Positions 26,748 through 40,625 of a DNA stretch of 64,000 nucleotides are shown here, piece after piece. The notes beneath the pieces are model-generated. The model had not been told where the DNA came from. It ran no database searches and was given only the letters and a program-made list of their open reading frames with translations. The DNA comes from Takakia lepidozioides (lineage: Eukaryota; Plantae; Bryophyta), in NCBI GenBank assembly GCA_030704615.1, contig CM060732.1, forward strand, positions 69,936,001 to 70,000,000, in the 5' to 3' direction. Made by a program: the position numbers and the translations under genes. Numbering within the stretch: position 1 is the first letter of the stretch; each line of letters starts with the position of its first letter.

Positions 26748-28079
26748 GAAAGGACAGACAGATAAAGAGACAATAATTAAATAGCCTAAGAGTGAAACTG
26801 AAAGGACCGCACTTATTAACTGGAGTGGAGTCTAGATGCCTTGGAGTTGTGCTTGACGTGCTTCCAAGAATGTCACGATCAAATTCCCTCAAGGGGGTGG
26901 AGGGGACCAGTGTTGGACCGTATATGGGGGCGAGGCGGGGTATCAGCACGGGTAAGGGTCGCGCAGCAGAGTACTAGACTAGGCGGGTATAAGCAATGGG
27001 CAGTACCCCAGTAAGACATATTCGGGGCAGTATAGCGAAACCCTAATACATGGGCTCCTACATACCAGCCTGACTCAGCTTTGTCGAGACCAGTACTTGC
27101 ACCCTAAAATAGCAATAACAATATTACAATTTATAATTTTTATTTATTAAATTACAAATCCTACTTAAATAGTTTTTTATCTTATTTTCACATTTTAAAT
27201 CTAGTTCTAATGGGAATTAGTCTTAATACATTTAGCTAGGTTATGGGAGGTTGGATAGCATGTGAGCAGGCTCACGTGAGCATGAGCCTGCTCATGTGAG
27301 CAGAAGAGGATATACCAGAAATTCCTAGAATATTCTTGAAAAGATGCGAGAGCGAAACTAAAATGTGCAATTTGTGCTCACGAGCAGACTTATGCTTACG
27401 TGAGCACAAACAACATGAAGAGAAATAGACACGAGAGAAATAGGCACAAAATGAGTCATGAACATGGACGGACACCCTATTTCTGTGGTTTGTTTTCCCG
27501 TACGCACAAGCATATAACAATTCGTTAGCGAGATAAAACAATCTCACGTCGTCTCTTATATGCAAAACCAAACACAACACATTTTGTTTCGTCCACGAAA
27601 CCATAGGATAATGACCTACGCAGCGATACCTGAAAATTTTGCCGACGAAACCCTATATTTCGCTGGCGAAATCTAATATTTCGCTGGTAAAACCCATTAT
27701 TTCGTTGACGATATTTCGCTCGCGAAACTCGAAACCTTGATTTTTTTCGTTAACAAAACCCGTTATTTGCCTCATTATATTAAATTGTTGAACTATTGTT
27801 TGGTATTTGTGTGTTTTGGATGGTGTTGGTTATAGTGATTTTGTTTTTTTCCTAATGTGTTATTCTTTTGTAGGATACCAATACTGGAGATATGTGGAAC
27901 TTGGAGCTTGTAGATATACATTATTGGTGCCTATTCCGCATTAGGGTTTTGGGTTTAGGGACAGAAATAGGCACAAAAACCCTATAAATGCACCATGTCT
28001 CTAAATGCACCATGTCTCTATATCCACCAATGGTTTAATTCCGTTTTGAAAACATATAACTCTTGTAACCGCGGTTTAA

Positions 28080-30145
28080 TGTAACATCCAAGATCTACAC
28101 AGACTATAATTGAAGTGTTTATCAATTTTTTCCCAAAACACTCGATGTCTTCTAGGCTTTCATTGCAAGTTTAAATAGCCTTCACAATATGATTATTTTA
28201 AAGGTTTGACCTGAGATCCTCAAGTCAAAACTTCCTAAAGTCAACCTTCCTAGGTTTGACATATTCTCCACACTATGACTGTCTCAAACATTTGACCTAC
28301 TCTCCATAATATGAATATCTTATAAGTTTGACTTGAGAACCTCAAGTCCAACTTCCTCAAGTCAAACTTCATCGGAACCTTCCTAATTATTTTAGAAATT
28401 TCTAAGGAACTTTCCTCCTTTTATCTAGAACCTTCTAGATTCTACCATGTTACAATCCTCCTCTTTTTCAAGAATCAACGTCCTCGTTGTTCGAATTTTC
28501 AAAAGCTTGAATTGTTAATTGAGCATTTGCGAGATTTTTCACCGGTTCCCACGTAGCTTCATGTAATGGAAATCCTTTCCATAAAACCAAATATTCCAAC
28601 ACCTCATGTCGCCCTTGTTTATATGTGCGTTTTTTCAGAACACGGTGGACCTCCCACTCTTCATTTCCGTCTATCAACTCTGGGAAAGGTTGCGGTTCTT
28701 GAGTATCTTTGAATATTGGTCGAGGTTCGTAACGACGTAGTAGAGAAACGTGAAACACCGGGTGGATCTTCATATGTGGTGGTAACTCTAGCTTGTATGC
28801 TACTGCTCCAATACGTTTAATGATCGAAAAAAGACCAATAGACCGTGCCCCTAGTTTTCGCGATCCAATGATGCGTAAGTTGATTGTAAACAACCACACT
28901 TGATCTAATTTCTAAATAAAATTGTCTACTTTATTAATTAATAATACCAAAAAAATCAGAAAAAACATGCATAGGGTTATCCTCATGCGTTCGCTGCCTG
29001 ACAGGAATGATTATGTGTACGAGCTTTCATAGAAAGCCTGATATCTTTGCAGGCCTGTGCTTCCTTCAAACATCTTTCCATATCTTGTTCCAGATCCTTT
29101 GGGTAAGGCTATTGTTGCCCCATTTTGCAGACCATTCACCTCTAAAGGATTGGGGCGGGCAGGCCAAGGAGTACCCTTTCTTCACTGTGTATCCAAAGAA
29201 ATGGGTTTTCTTCTTGTCCATCCATTTCCACTCCCCTGGGTCAAACTGCAGATCACCTCGTAGCCTCGAAACAATTGCCTAGTCGCGGCTACCTTGGATA
29301 ACTCTTCATTTGATAATTTGAACTTTGTAAGAGTTGTTGGCGCATTTGGTCTTTTTGGTTGACGCGTTGACCGAATTATTGTATGAAAATTCAACCAAAG
29401 ATAATAACCAATCTCACTCTTCTTGTTCCTCTCACGTAAAGGCCCTCAACATGTCTTCAATTGTACGATTCGCTCACTCTGTCTGTCCATCTTACTCAGG
29501 ATGATATAGCTAATTTGGTTTTAAAAAGACCAAATAGGTTTTTTCAAAACAAGCTAGTAAATTGGATACCCCTATCAGTAATGAGAACTTTAGATAGTCC
29601 ATGATAGGAATAGACCGCTTCAAGATATAGTCGAGTTAGTTCGACTGCAGTGATAGATTTTGTAGTGGGGCGGATGTGTATCATCTTATCAATTTGTCTA
29701 CAAATACCTAGTGTCATGTCCTGATGAGGTTTGAGGTAACTCGCAAACTAAATCCATGCTCATATGTTCCCAACGTCTGTCTGGTACTGGTAGTGGTTGT
29801 AAAAGACCTGCTGGCTTGCAGTTTGTTGACTTGTTTTGTTGACATTTCATGCAACTTCGAATGTACGCCTCCACCTCGTCTCACATCCGTGGCCAATAAA
29901 ATGTTCGTTTAAGTTGTTCGAATGTTTTTTTAACTCCAGCATGTCCTGCTATCGCCGTTTCATGAACTTCAAACAAAACTTCTGTCTTCGGTAAAGGTTC
30001 TTCAAGGATCCAAAGCTTACCTTCCCAGAAAAATAACCCTCGAACTTATGTTACTTTGCACTTCTTCTTAACGTCCATGATGTCCTTATCCTCTTTAGAA
30101 GCTTTCGCTATCTTGTTCCACCAATCGGGTTGAATGCTGACCTTT
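28080..30145 (-). mobile_element. Decayed chromovirus remnant: 3' LTR 28080-28454, PPT, integrase and chromodomain
   Basis: LTR TGTAACA...TGTTACA, with minus-strand PPT AAAAAGAGGAGGA adjacent. AYKLELP/IHPVFHVSLL and chromodomain EWEVHRVL...YLVLWKGF...TWEP at 28468-28899. Integrase fragments (PAGLLQPLPVP, GHAGVKKT) at 29300-30000. Confidence 0.85.
28995..29250 (-). pseudogene. LINE ORF2 zf-RVT fragment embedded in the chromovirus remnant
   Basis: Minus strand reads IWNKIWKDV*RKHRPAKISGFL*KLVHIIIP, matching the W..IW...P.K...F.W...H..IP signature with two W-to-stop changes. Confidence 0.6.
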
Positions 30146-30742
30146 GTCCTTGGGGGGTCACTCCCAGTATTTTCAAAACCACGTGAGAACAAATATAGGG
30201 TGTGATTTATTTTTTTGAGGTAAATTTAAAAAAAAAATTACTTAGAAAATATGGTAGGGCAATATCATTTCACCCAATTTTTTTTTAAAGAAGTGTCACC
30301 AAAAATCCAGAGTTTTATTTAAAAAATTAATGTAATAAAAGATTTTATCTACAGTATAATATATCCATCATTGCGAAGTTTCTCATATTTCATCCAACTC
30401 TAATCCATCAGGATGAAATCAGGTAGAGTCACCTGAAGTTCAAATATGATTCCAGTGATACACAGTGGATTGATATTGATATCATAATCTCAACAGTGAC
30501 TATGACATTTGAACCATCTCAAAATTTGTCCTCTTTAGATCCAAATGATGCTGCGGCTTTGAATGAGTTTGTGGCTAATGAAAATTAAAAAATTTCTTGG
30601 GTTCGGCATTTGATTTATGTTATATGAAATGTACTTGTTTGTGTACATGCTTTGAAATTTTGTAATTATTTAAAAGGACAATTTAAAATAGGGTCTAATT
30701 AATTGTTGCAAAAAAAATTATAAAAAAACCTAGGATGTTAGA

Positions 30743-31193
30743 TGTTGTGCACCTAAGCATCGTGCCACAACATACATTGCTATCTACCACACAATCTAAG
30801 CACACAATCCTAGAAAGCTATACCACAATGATAATAGAAGTGAACATAATGGAAACCCTCCACTCATGAATCCACTCAATCACATAAAGTAAGTCAAGCT
30901 AAGGGCACCCTTGTTAAGGGAATCCACCCTACAAAGCCCTCACCACACTCCCTCTCAATACCTAGAGCTATGGAGGTGAGAGAGGCTCATGGAGGCTCAA
31001 CTACAAGAAGATGAGCCTCCTCCATCCTCACAAGTGGAAAACCTATCCCCATGTCCCAAGTGAGGCTCGACGCCTCACTTGGCATGTGAGACCAAATGAA
31101 GTCCCAACACACAAAATATAAATATAAATATCTAAAATGTCCTAGTTAACTAGAAGTAGGTAATTCTAGATAACCATGACTAAAACCATGACA
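30743..31193 (-). repeat. 3' LTR (451 bp) of the DNMT-Gypsy, with an adjacent ~86-bp partial LTR copy at 31196-31282
   Basis: Termini TGTTGTG...CATGACA. The first ~86 bp are repeated at 31196, next to the PPT. Confidence 0.75.
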
Positions 31194-31547
31194 GCTGTCG
31201 TGCACCTAAGCATCGTGCCACAACATACATCGTTGTCCACCACACAATCTAAGCACACAATCCTAGAAAGCTATACCACAATCGCCCCCCTTAGCTGGTG
31301 ATTAGGTCCCTCTAACACCGGATAGCTGACAAATATCCATCCCAATAAGATCATCACGTGGTCATCAATCGCCCAAGTCCCAGTATCTGAAGGCAATAGA
31401 TCAAGAGGCCGGGTGCAAAAGTAGCCCCATCGTTTTCGCCTTCCTGCAATCCATGGCTTCAATTGGGTGTCCATGGCATTGAACTCCCGTTAGCTAGACC
31501 TTGGTCCACTTGTCAACCTCACCACTGTCATGCCCCACTACCTCTAT

Positions 31548-31700
31548 CCAAGGCATCATGGACACAATCATTCTCCACTAGGAACCTCCTCAAGTGGCGG
31601 TGTCAAGCATCCCATGTGCCACCCCCTTGAGCATTTGTCACACACCAACATGGTCGCGGCACCACCAGCATGCCCACATAGCATGTAACGCAACCCTGCA
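31548..31700 (-). pseudogene. PHD finger at the C-terminus of the integrase
   Basis: YMLCG...MLVCDKCSRGWHMGCLTPPLEEVPSGE*LCP*C follows the C4HC3 pattern, with the first C changed to Y and two stops. Confidence 0.9.
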
Positions 31701-33608
31701 GGTACCACTGCAAGGTTGTGAACTATCCTCCCATCCACATGTGGAAGGTGACATGGCGCACAATTGCACATATGGTCCTTCCATACTATGCTATCTCGAC
31801 CCTCCAGAATCAACACTCATGAAGGCAACACCTCCCGGACCCTTAGAATCATACGACCTGTTGTGACATCCAAGGTCGTAGGCGCTGTCTGCTGCAGATA
31901 CACATAGTCCCCAGGATGGAAACACCGAACACCTGGCCGATATCCTCCTCCACGTATAGTGTCATACCTCAATGTGTCTCGGTGTTGGGCAATAGCAAGG
32001 TTCTCAAAAGCCATAGGCATGACTATCTTGAACAACTTTGCCCGCTGGGCACATGCTTGTGTCCACACATCCGGATTATCAAGGTTGAGGACTACTGCAA
32101 TCTCCCTGCGAATAGATGCAGGCAAATCTGGCTCTCGGCCAAAAAGAAAGAAATAAGGCGAGAACGAGGCAAGTGATGCTTGCTTGCTAAACCTGTAGCC
32201 CATGGCCAACCAAGATAGCTGAAGGTCCCAATCTCCCAAGTGTCCCTTCTACAAGCCATACTTGCGTAAGCCTCGTTTGACTGTCTGCACAACCCTCTCG
32301 CCCAAGCCATCAGCCTCGGGATGATCCCGAGAAGTAGTGCGGTGATCTATCAAGGCTTGCTCACACAAAGCCTGAAACTCCCCCAAAAACTCTCTCCCCT
32401 GGTCCGTGAGTACCTCAGTTGGAGCACCAAATTGGCTAAGCACTCGATCTAAGAATGCATACGCAGCCCCCTCACTTGCCTTGTCAGGCAATGCCACCAG
32501 TTCAATCCATTTGGAGAAATGTTCCACCATCACCAGCACATACTTGTTATGGCGAATCGTCAGTGGCAATGGACCTGCGAAGTCAAGACTCCAACGATAA
32601 CCCAAACCCATAATGGGTAAAGGATGCAATTGTGGAGTATGGGCGTTGAAAGAAGCCCGCACTCTATCACATACCATGCACCTTGCCACTAACTATTGCA
32701 CATCCGTGTGCATGCCCCGCCACCAATACTGCCTGTTAGGAGGCAGTCTGGGACTTAGGCATTTTTATGGGTTCTGTGGAGTTGGACTTGGACACTTCTA
32801 TGGGTTCTGAGGGGTACCCTTAATTTTTTAAGACAACCCGTCACAGCCATACATAGCCCGTCACAGCCAGTCACAGCTCGACACAGTCACAGCCCGTCAC
32901 AGCCATACACAATCAGTCACAGCCCGAAACAGCCCGAAACAGCCGTCACAGTCTGACACAGCTGTCACAGTCGTAGGGAACGGTTATCATGACAGGGAAC
33001 GACTGTGGGGAACAACATCTGCCGGGGAACATGTAATTCACGGAGGACGGTTAGTGAAGGAAAACGGTTAGAACAGGGGGGGAGGGATAAAGCGGGCAGC
33101 GGAGACGAGAGGGGGGCACTTCTTGGGGGAGACTTCGGACATCACTGGGGGAAAGGAGGAGAGAGCGTATCTCTGAGCAGAAAGATGGAGAGCACGGAGT
33201 AGGAGGAGGATCTGTTGATGCTTAATGATAGCAAGCAGTAGAATTATAATGTAGAGCAGATTAGAGACTCCAGGACTTTAGCCTGATACTTGATAGATAT
33301 TAATCTGATACATACTTCATACTCACAGTGTGTAGAGGGATCTGAGTGAAGCTGTGGAATGAATGGATGAGTTGATGGAACAAACTGATACTTAATTACC
33401 AGCAGTAAGGTAACTAGCTAACATGAATGCGGGAAGGAAAACAAATAGGAAACACCCCCATGATACACTAGTTGTAGGTCATGACTGATTGTTCTGAGCG
33501 GGCTGAGTACTTAGAGATTTCCAACTCTTCTATCTTGGAGTTTCCGCCTCGGATAGCGAAGGGATGGGTGAGTAAAAGCCGTGCGACATTTGGCGACCAT
33601 ACTGGGGA

Positions 33609-34176
33609 ACTGGGTCATGAACAACCAGATGTGACAGGCATATGGTGGGATCATGGTGGTTGGAGAATTAAAGAATTTGATGTGAATCAAATTCCTTGTG
33701 AAACTGAGAAGGAAAGATTGTCCAAACGATTCTTCCAGAGGTTTTTGGAATTGCCAGACGGTTGTAAAGAAAACATTCTTAAGAGAGTGCATGATGCTGA
33801 ACCTGAGTGGGGTCTGGAGAAATGAGTGATAAAGATTTATCAGGTGGCCTGTAGAGGAAGAGCACGTTGGTTACCAACATTGGTATATGTGATAGCATTG
33901 CTATCCATTAAGCAAGTAGAGTTTGAAGGCTGGGAGGAAAGAAAAGTGAATGTTTATACTCATATGCATGAAGAGCTTGTACTGGTAAAGAATTGGATTC
34001 CAAAGGATATTTTGTGGATCAAACTCACACCAAGAACAGCTTTCCAGACTTGTTTGCCATATGGTTATATGGTAACGGAGACTTCAAGTATAGCCAAGGG
34101 TGCATTGAAGCTTGAAAGAAACCCAGGCATATACGAGAGATATTACAGAAGAGAGTTTTGGTTATTGCCACATTAA
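33609..34176 (+). pseudogene. Extra ORF (ORF0) between PBS and gag, unknown function
   Basis: One frame with a single TGA at 33823-33825. A protein-level homologue is visible in the second element (53322-53606 on +, 55291-55450 on -). Confidence 0.65.
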
Positions 34177-34198
34177 AAAGAAATGAAAGACATGGGAC

Positions 34199-37100
34199 AT
34201 GAGTGATGAAAGAGAAGCTAGACGCCAGAGATATTCAGCAAAAAGAGAAAGCTATCTGAAAGCTAATTATCCATATCTGTGGGAGAGAGGAATAGACATT
34301 GGGGAATCATCTGGACCTCTCACACCATTGAGATCAGGGAATACATCACCTATACCAGAGGAGCTAGAGTTGGATACCACACCTTCTTTTTCTTTGCAAG
34401 AAAGATTAAGGGACTTGGCAGAGGAAGAAGATCAACCACGAGGTGGAAGATCTGAGGTACATCCCTGGATAAAAGATTTGGCAGAAATCTTTGATAAGAG
34501 TTGGCATAGAACACCAAGAGCAGGAACTCCAGTTTCGGGAGCAGAAGAGGAGGATGCAGAACCAGCGGAGAGTTCAAACTCTCCAACATTATTACAAAAT
34601 AGTTACATGAGTGAAGAAGAAGAAAACCAAGGGCAGAACTTGGAGGATGAAAACAGAGAGAAGAAATTGGAAGAGGAAGAATATGAAGAAGTAGACCCAG
34701 CAGCTGAGGTTGAGACTACAACCAGGACATCCCAACCCGTTGGACCTGGATCAAGTGGAGCACTTGGATCACAGGCCAACGAAGGTGTCGGCTCAGAGGG
34801 ATCAGGCGGAAGACCTGGATCTGGCTCTTGGGGGACAGGGAGTGTGGAAAGTAGTGCAACTGAGGCTGGGAATACTGTGAATATAGAAAGGCCAGGAACA
34901 GGAAGGGTTCAGGGGCCAGTAATTGGTGGAAGAACCACCACAAATACTACAGGTCCACAAGGACCAGCATCAGCCAAAAGGCCAACAACTGTCAAGGGGC
35001 AGAGTGTAGGGTTGCAGATGGCGTTACAACCAACACGGGCTAAACCACCTTTTTCCGATATATTCAGGGAAAGGGGATCCTGATGTACACATTAGTCAAT
35101 TTGAGCATATGTGTATAGTGAACAATGAGAATGGCGATGATGCCAAGATGAGACTGTTTCCGTGTTCACTTATAAAGAAAGCCAGTGAATGGTATGCAAG
35201 ATTCCCTGATAATCATTTCCTAACCTGGAATGGCTTGAGTACAGCGTTCCGAAATAGGTTCAGGACCAGTAGAACTGAGGATGAAGTGTATGGGAGTTTA
35301 CAGCAGTTGAAGCAGAAGAAGCATGAAACTGTTGAAGAGTATATGGAGAAAATGGAGTTGATGATGAAAAAGTTGGCTGCTATACCAGCACCAGGATTGC
35401 AGAAGGCTTGGTTTGTGAATGGACTAAGGCCAGAGCTGCAAAAGAAAGTAGACATGTTACCCCACAATACAGTGGAGGAGGCATTTGAAACAGCAAACAA
35501 AATTGAGCAGTTGGGAATGCTCAGGAAGGAGAAAAGAGATGAAGAGGACTCTGAGGATGAGTCAGAAGAAGAAGAGGAGATGGAGCATAAGAAGAAGAGT
35601 AAAAAGAAGGAAAAGATGAAGAGGGAAAATTATGAGAAGAGATTAGAAGAAATCTCAAAAAAATATGTCACAGAGGCTGCAACACATTGGAGGAAGGGTG
35701 TTTGGTGTGCAAAATGCCAGAATGAAGGCCACACCACTACTGAATGCCACATGAAGGAGAAACACTGCACTATCTGTAAAATGGATAACCATTCTACAGA
35801 GAATTGTTACTACAACAGAAGAACAGCAGTAAGAGAGCCTAGGCAAGTAAGGGTGCATCAAGTGCAACCCCAGCCAAGAAGAAACAATGATCAAGACCAC
35901 TATGGTAGGACAGGTGGTTATAACAATGGCATGGAAAGGAGAGGTAATCCAAGAGGGAATTACCAGCCAGGGAATCAAGATTACAGAAATAATCCCAGAG
36001 CAGACCAAGGGCGAGGACCCAATGGAGAAGAACTGTGTTACTATTGTAATCAGACAGGACATCGTAAGGCGGCTTGTCCATTCTGGATCAGACACCAGAA
36101 TGAGATGAGAGCTCCTGGGAATGAGGGGCCAGTAGTGGCAGCCCACATGGTTAGGCCATGTATTGTACCGGAAGTGAGTACAATGATAGTAACAAGAAGC
36201 AGAGCCAAATTAGTACCTCCAGTGGAAGATGAAGTTGATGATAATGAAGGTGGCAGTGATGTGCCTGAAGATGATGAGGCTTGGAGAGATGAGAAGGAAT
36301 TGCACAAGGAAGTGGCGGATACCATACGGGAAATGCAGAAGAGTACTGATATTCCCATGGTAGACTCCTCAGACTCTGAAGGAGAAGAAGAAGTCAGTGA
36401 GGAAGAAGGAAAGAGGGAAGTTGCAAAAGTGCAGAGTAAGGAAGGGACATTGGCTGAAGTGATATGCCAGTCCAAAGTGGAAATTACCATTGGACAGCTA
36501 TTAGCTGTGGCACCTTATTGTAGACACAGGCTGTATCAAGCAATCAACAGGATTGCCCAATTGACAGAGAACACAGACCTGAACAACAAGGTGACCAGTT
36601 ATAATGTGAGGCCAGAAGGGCAAGAAATAGTCATGGATTTTGATGATTCTATGCCAGTTATCCAGTTGAGAATTGGAAGCACAGAGCTGGCAGATGTACT
36701 GATAGATGGAGGCTCTGGTGTGAATATCATGACAGACCAATTGAGACAGAAGCTAGGTCTAAACAACATGAAACCAGCCCCATTTACAGTAACCATGGTA
36801 GACCAAAGGAGTGTATAGCCATTGGGATTGATCAGAGGAGTTAAAATCCAGATTCAAAAGATGATCTTTAAGATCACAGTAACTGTGTTGAAGATGAATG
36901 AAGTCCTGGAAGCTTATTCCTTATTGTTGGGAAGACCATGGCTGAAACAAGCCAAGGTGTCTCATGATTGGAATTCACAGTTACTGACTGTGCAGGATGG
37001 GCCAAACAAGATACAAATCACCACTAAGAAATCTGAAAGACTATCTGCTACAAGAAGACCAAGAGGGGTCAGAGAGTATGATTGGAAAGAAGGACTGGAT

Positions 37101-40100
37101 GAGGAACAGGAAGCTACCTTGTTTGCTGCACACCCAGAGTGGGAGCAGGTTGCAGAGATGCGGCTGGAAAGCCTAAGTTGTTTAAGAGGTATCTGCTGTG
37201 GTGTAGTGACAGCAAAACCAACTGAAGAGGAAACCAGCAGTTACCCATCACATTTCTATGAAGAAAGAGAAGGAGAAATGGAAATCCTAGAGGAACCAGC
37301 CACTGTGAGCTTACAGGATGAAGTGGTGACTGGTTGGACAATAACAGCTGATGAGCAGGTGAGGGAAGTAAATGTGGGAACAGAGAAGGAACCAAGGATG
37401 GTGAAGGTAGGGGCGGATCTAGAGCCAGAATTCTTTGAGGAAGCAAAGAGTCTGTTCATTAAATACAGAGATGTATTTGCTTGGAGCTATGAGGATCTGA
37501 AGGGGATACCACCTGAGATCTGTCAACATAAGATTGAACTGGAACCAGGATCAATACCAGTTAAACAGGCGAGATACAGGATGAATCCCAACTACGCACA
37601 GAAGGTTGGAGAAGAGATCAAGAAGTTGGCTGAGGCTAAGTTTATATACCCAATAGAGTATACAACTTGGTTATCACCCATTGTTATAGTTCCCAAGAAG
37701 AATGGTAAACTAAGAGTATGTGTGAACTACAAGAAGCTGAATGCTTGTATGAAGAAAGATCCTTTCCCTTTGCCATTCACAGAAGCAGTATTGGACACTG
37801 TGGCAGGTCATGAGATGTACTCATTCATGGATGGCTTCAGTGGTTATAATCAAGTGCAAGTGGCAGAAGAAGATCAAGGAAAGACAGCTTTCATCACAGA
37901 CTGGGGTGCTTATGCATACAAAGGCATGCCCTTTGGACTTTGTAATGCACCAGCAACCTTTCAGAGAGTAATAAGTGAATCTTTTCATGAGTATCTGGAT
38001 GATTTCATGCAGGTGTTCTTGGATGATTTCAGTGTGTACAGCTCTAAGAATGAGCACTTGCATAAATTGGAGTTATGTCTGGCCAGATGCAGGATGAGAG
38101 GTCTGGGCTTGAATCCAGAGAAGTGTACTTTCTGTGTGAACTCAGGGGTGCTTCTGGGACACATTGTGTGTAAGAAGGGACTTCTTGTGGATCCCAGGAA
38201 GACAGAGTCCATTAAAGCCTCTCCACCACCAGTGAATGTTAAGAGTTTAAGGAGATTCCTTGGGCAAACCAGTTATTACAGAAGATTTGTCAAAAGGTAT
38301 GCACAAATAGCAGCACCATTGAGCAAGCTTCTGAAGAAAGATGCAGTGTTTGCATGGACAGCTGAATGTCAACAGGCGTTTGAGGAACTTACATTGTCAG
38401 TAACAACTACACCTGTGCTGATTAACCCTCACTGGCATGTAGTATTTCATGTTCACTACGATGCATCAGGAGAAGCGTTGGGAGCGGTGTTAGCCCAGAA
38501 TGTTACAGGAAATATAGATTCACCTGTGTACTATGCTAGCAGGTTGATGAACAGTGCTGAAAGGAACTATAGCACAACTGAAAGAGAAGCACTGGCAATG
38601 ATATATGCAGTCAAGAAATTCCGGCATTACCTATTGGGAAGAAAGTTTATGTTTTATGTGGATCACCAGGCTCTGATATATCTGGTGAACAAACCTTTGA
38701 TAAGTGGAAGGATAGCGAGGTGGTTAATAATCTTGCATGAGTTTGAGTTCGAAGTTATTTACAAGCCTGGCCGTTTGCATCTTGTGGCAGATCATTTGTC
38801 ACGACTAACAACAGGAGAGGCCGCCACAGGAGTGGACGATCAGTTACCTGATGCGAGTTTATTTGTAATGGAGGTGCAAGGAAGTGCAGATGAATGGTTA
38901 GATTGGCAGTGGCCAATCAGATACTACCTTACTCATGGTCAATGCCCACCTAGTTATGGTAAGGAGCAGAGGAAGAGAATCGCTATCAAAGCTTTACCTT
39001 ATACTATGGTAGGAAGCAGAATGTATAAGCTAGGACCCGATGGAGTACTAAAACGATGCTTGTACCACCATGAAGTAAATAAAGTTTTGGAGGAAGTTCA
39101 TAAAGGAGTGGCTGGAGGTCATTTTGGAGAAGAGACTACCAGTAGAAAGATACTACTCGCAGGTTACTGGTGGCCTACTTTATTCAAAGATGTACACAAG
39201 TATTGTCAAAGTTGTGATGAATGTTAGAGGCTAGGACCTTTGCAGAGATCTGGAAGGATGGCCTTGCATCCTACAATGCCTACGGAACCATTTCAGAAAT
39301 GGGGACTAGACTTTGTTGGACCGATTAACCCACCAGCCAAGAATACACGAAACAGGTACATAATTACAGCCACTGATTATACTACGAAGTGGGTGGAAGC
39401 TAAAGCTTTGAGGGACAACACAGCCAAGTCCACAACAAGGTTCCTGTATGAGAACATACTTACACGATTTGGCTGTCCCATGGAATTTATCAGTGATCAG
39501 GGAAGTCACTTCATTAATGAGACCATTGAATTATTGACTAAAGAGTTCATGATTGTGCATAGGAAGAGTACAACGTATTACCCACAGGGTAATGGGCAGG
39601 CAGAGGCTACCAACAAAATACTATGTACTATCTTGGCTAAGATAGTCAATGCAAACAGAACGGATTGGGATACAAAGCTGCTGACAGCCTTGTGGTCATA
39701 CAAGACATCATATAAAGTCACCACTAAGTATACACCATTCCAATTAGTTTATGGTATGGAAGCCTTACTTCCAGTGGAATTCTTGTTACCTACCATGAGA
39801 ATGGAATAGGGAAAGAGAATGGAATTGCAAGATTCCATTAAGGTCAGGAAACATGAATTATACCATGTGGAAGAAGTACGTGCTGATGCAGCTGATAATA
39901 TGACCAGAATTCAGATGAAGAGGAAGAAACAGTTTGATGAAGGCAAGTTAAAAACTTTTAAGACGGGAGATTTGGTTCTATGGTTGCAGAAGAAGGGAAA
40001 GATTAAAGCTTCTAAGCTTAAATCACCATGGAAAGGACCTTATGTCATACAAAAGATGTATGATAACAACACGGCCATGTTACAAACCATTAACAAAGAA

Positions 40101-40625
40101 ATGTTGGGAAGAGTCAATGCCAATAAGTTAAAGGGATACAGTGGTATCCATGACAAACCATTGCAGCATGATTTGCATGTTGAAACGCAAGAGCAGTCAC
40201 GGGCTGCGCCAGTGTTACCAACGGAGTATGGAGCACTTGTCGCTAGGCCGAGCATATATGACCAAGGCGGGCAGAACAAGCGTGACACAGCCTATCACAG
40301 CCCATCACGACAAGACACAGCCTATCACAGCCCATCAAGGCGCGACACAGCCTATCACAGCCCATCACGACGTCACACAACCTATCACAGCCCAACACAG
40401 GGTCACACAGCCCATCACAGCCTATCACAGCCCAGCACAGTGTCACACAGTCGCGCACAGCCTAGCACAGAGCGGCACAGCCTGTCACAGCCTCACACAG
40501 CCAATGAGAATTACACAGTCCATAGGATTGGTGACAGGTGGACAAAAGAAAACATCAGGGAAATGGCCGGCGGAAGAAAGGGCGGAAGTCAGTTTAAAAG
40601 TGGACGTGTGGAAGTCAGGCCGTGA
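34199..40625 (+). pseudogene. gag-pol polyprotein (capsid, CCHC knuckles, protease, RT, RNase H, integrase)
   Basis: LIDGGSG, MDGFSGYNQ, FLDD, TEREALAM, GLDFVGP, SDQGSHF and WKGPY. One frameshift at ~35050 and TAG stops at 36816, 39225 and 39807. Confidence 0.95.

Noticed and set aside
33005-33202. Identical 65-aa ORF here and at 45026-45223
   Set aside because: This follows from LTR duplication. It has a non-ATG start and no coding evidence.
36816-36818. Programmed gag-pol read-through stop
   Set aside because: The stop lies inside the protease domain and aligns with Gln in the paralogous element, so it is a mutation.
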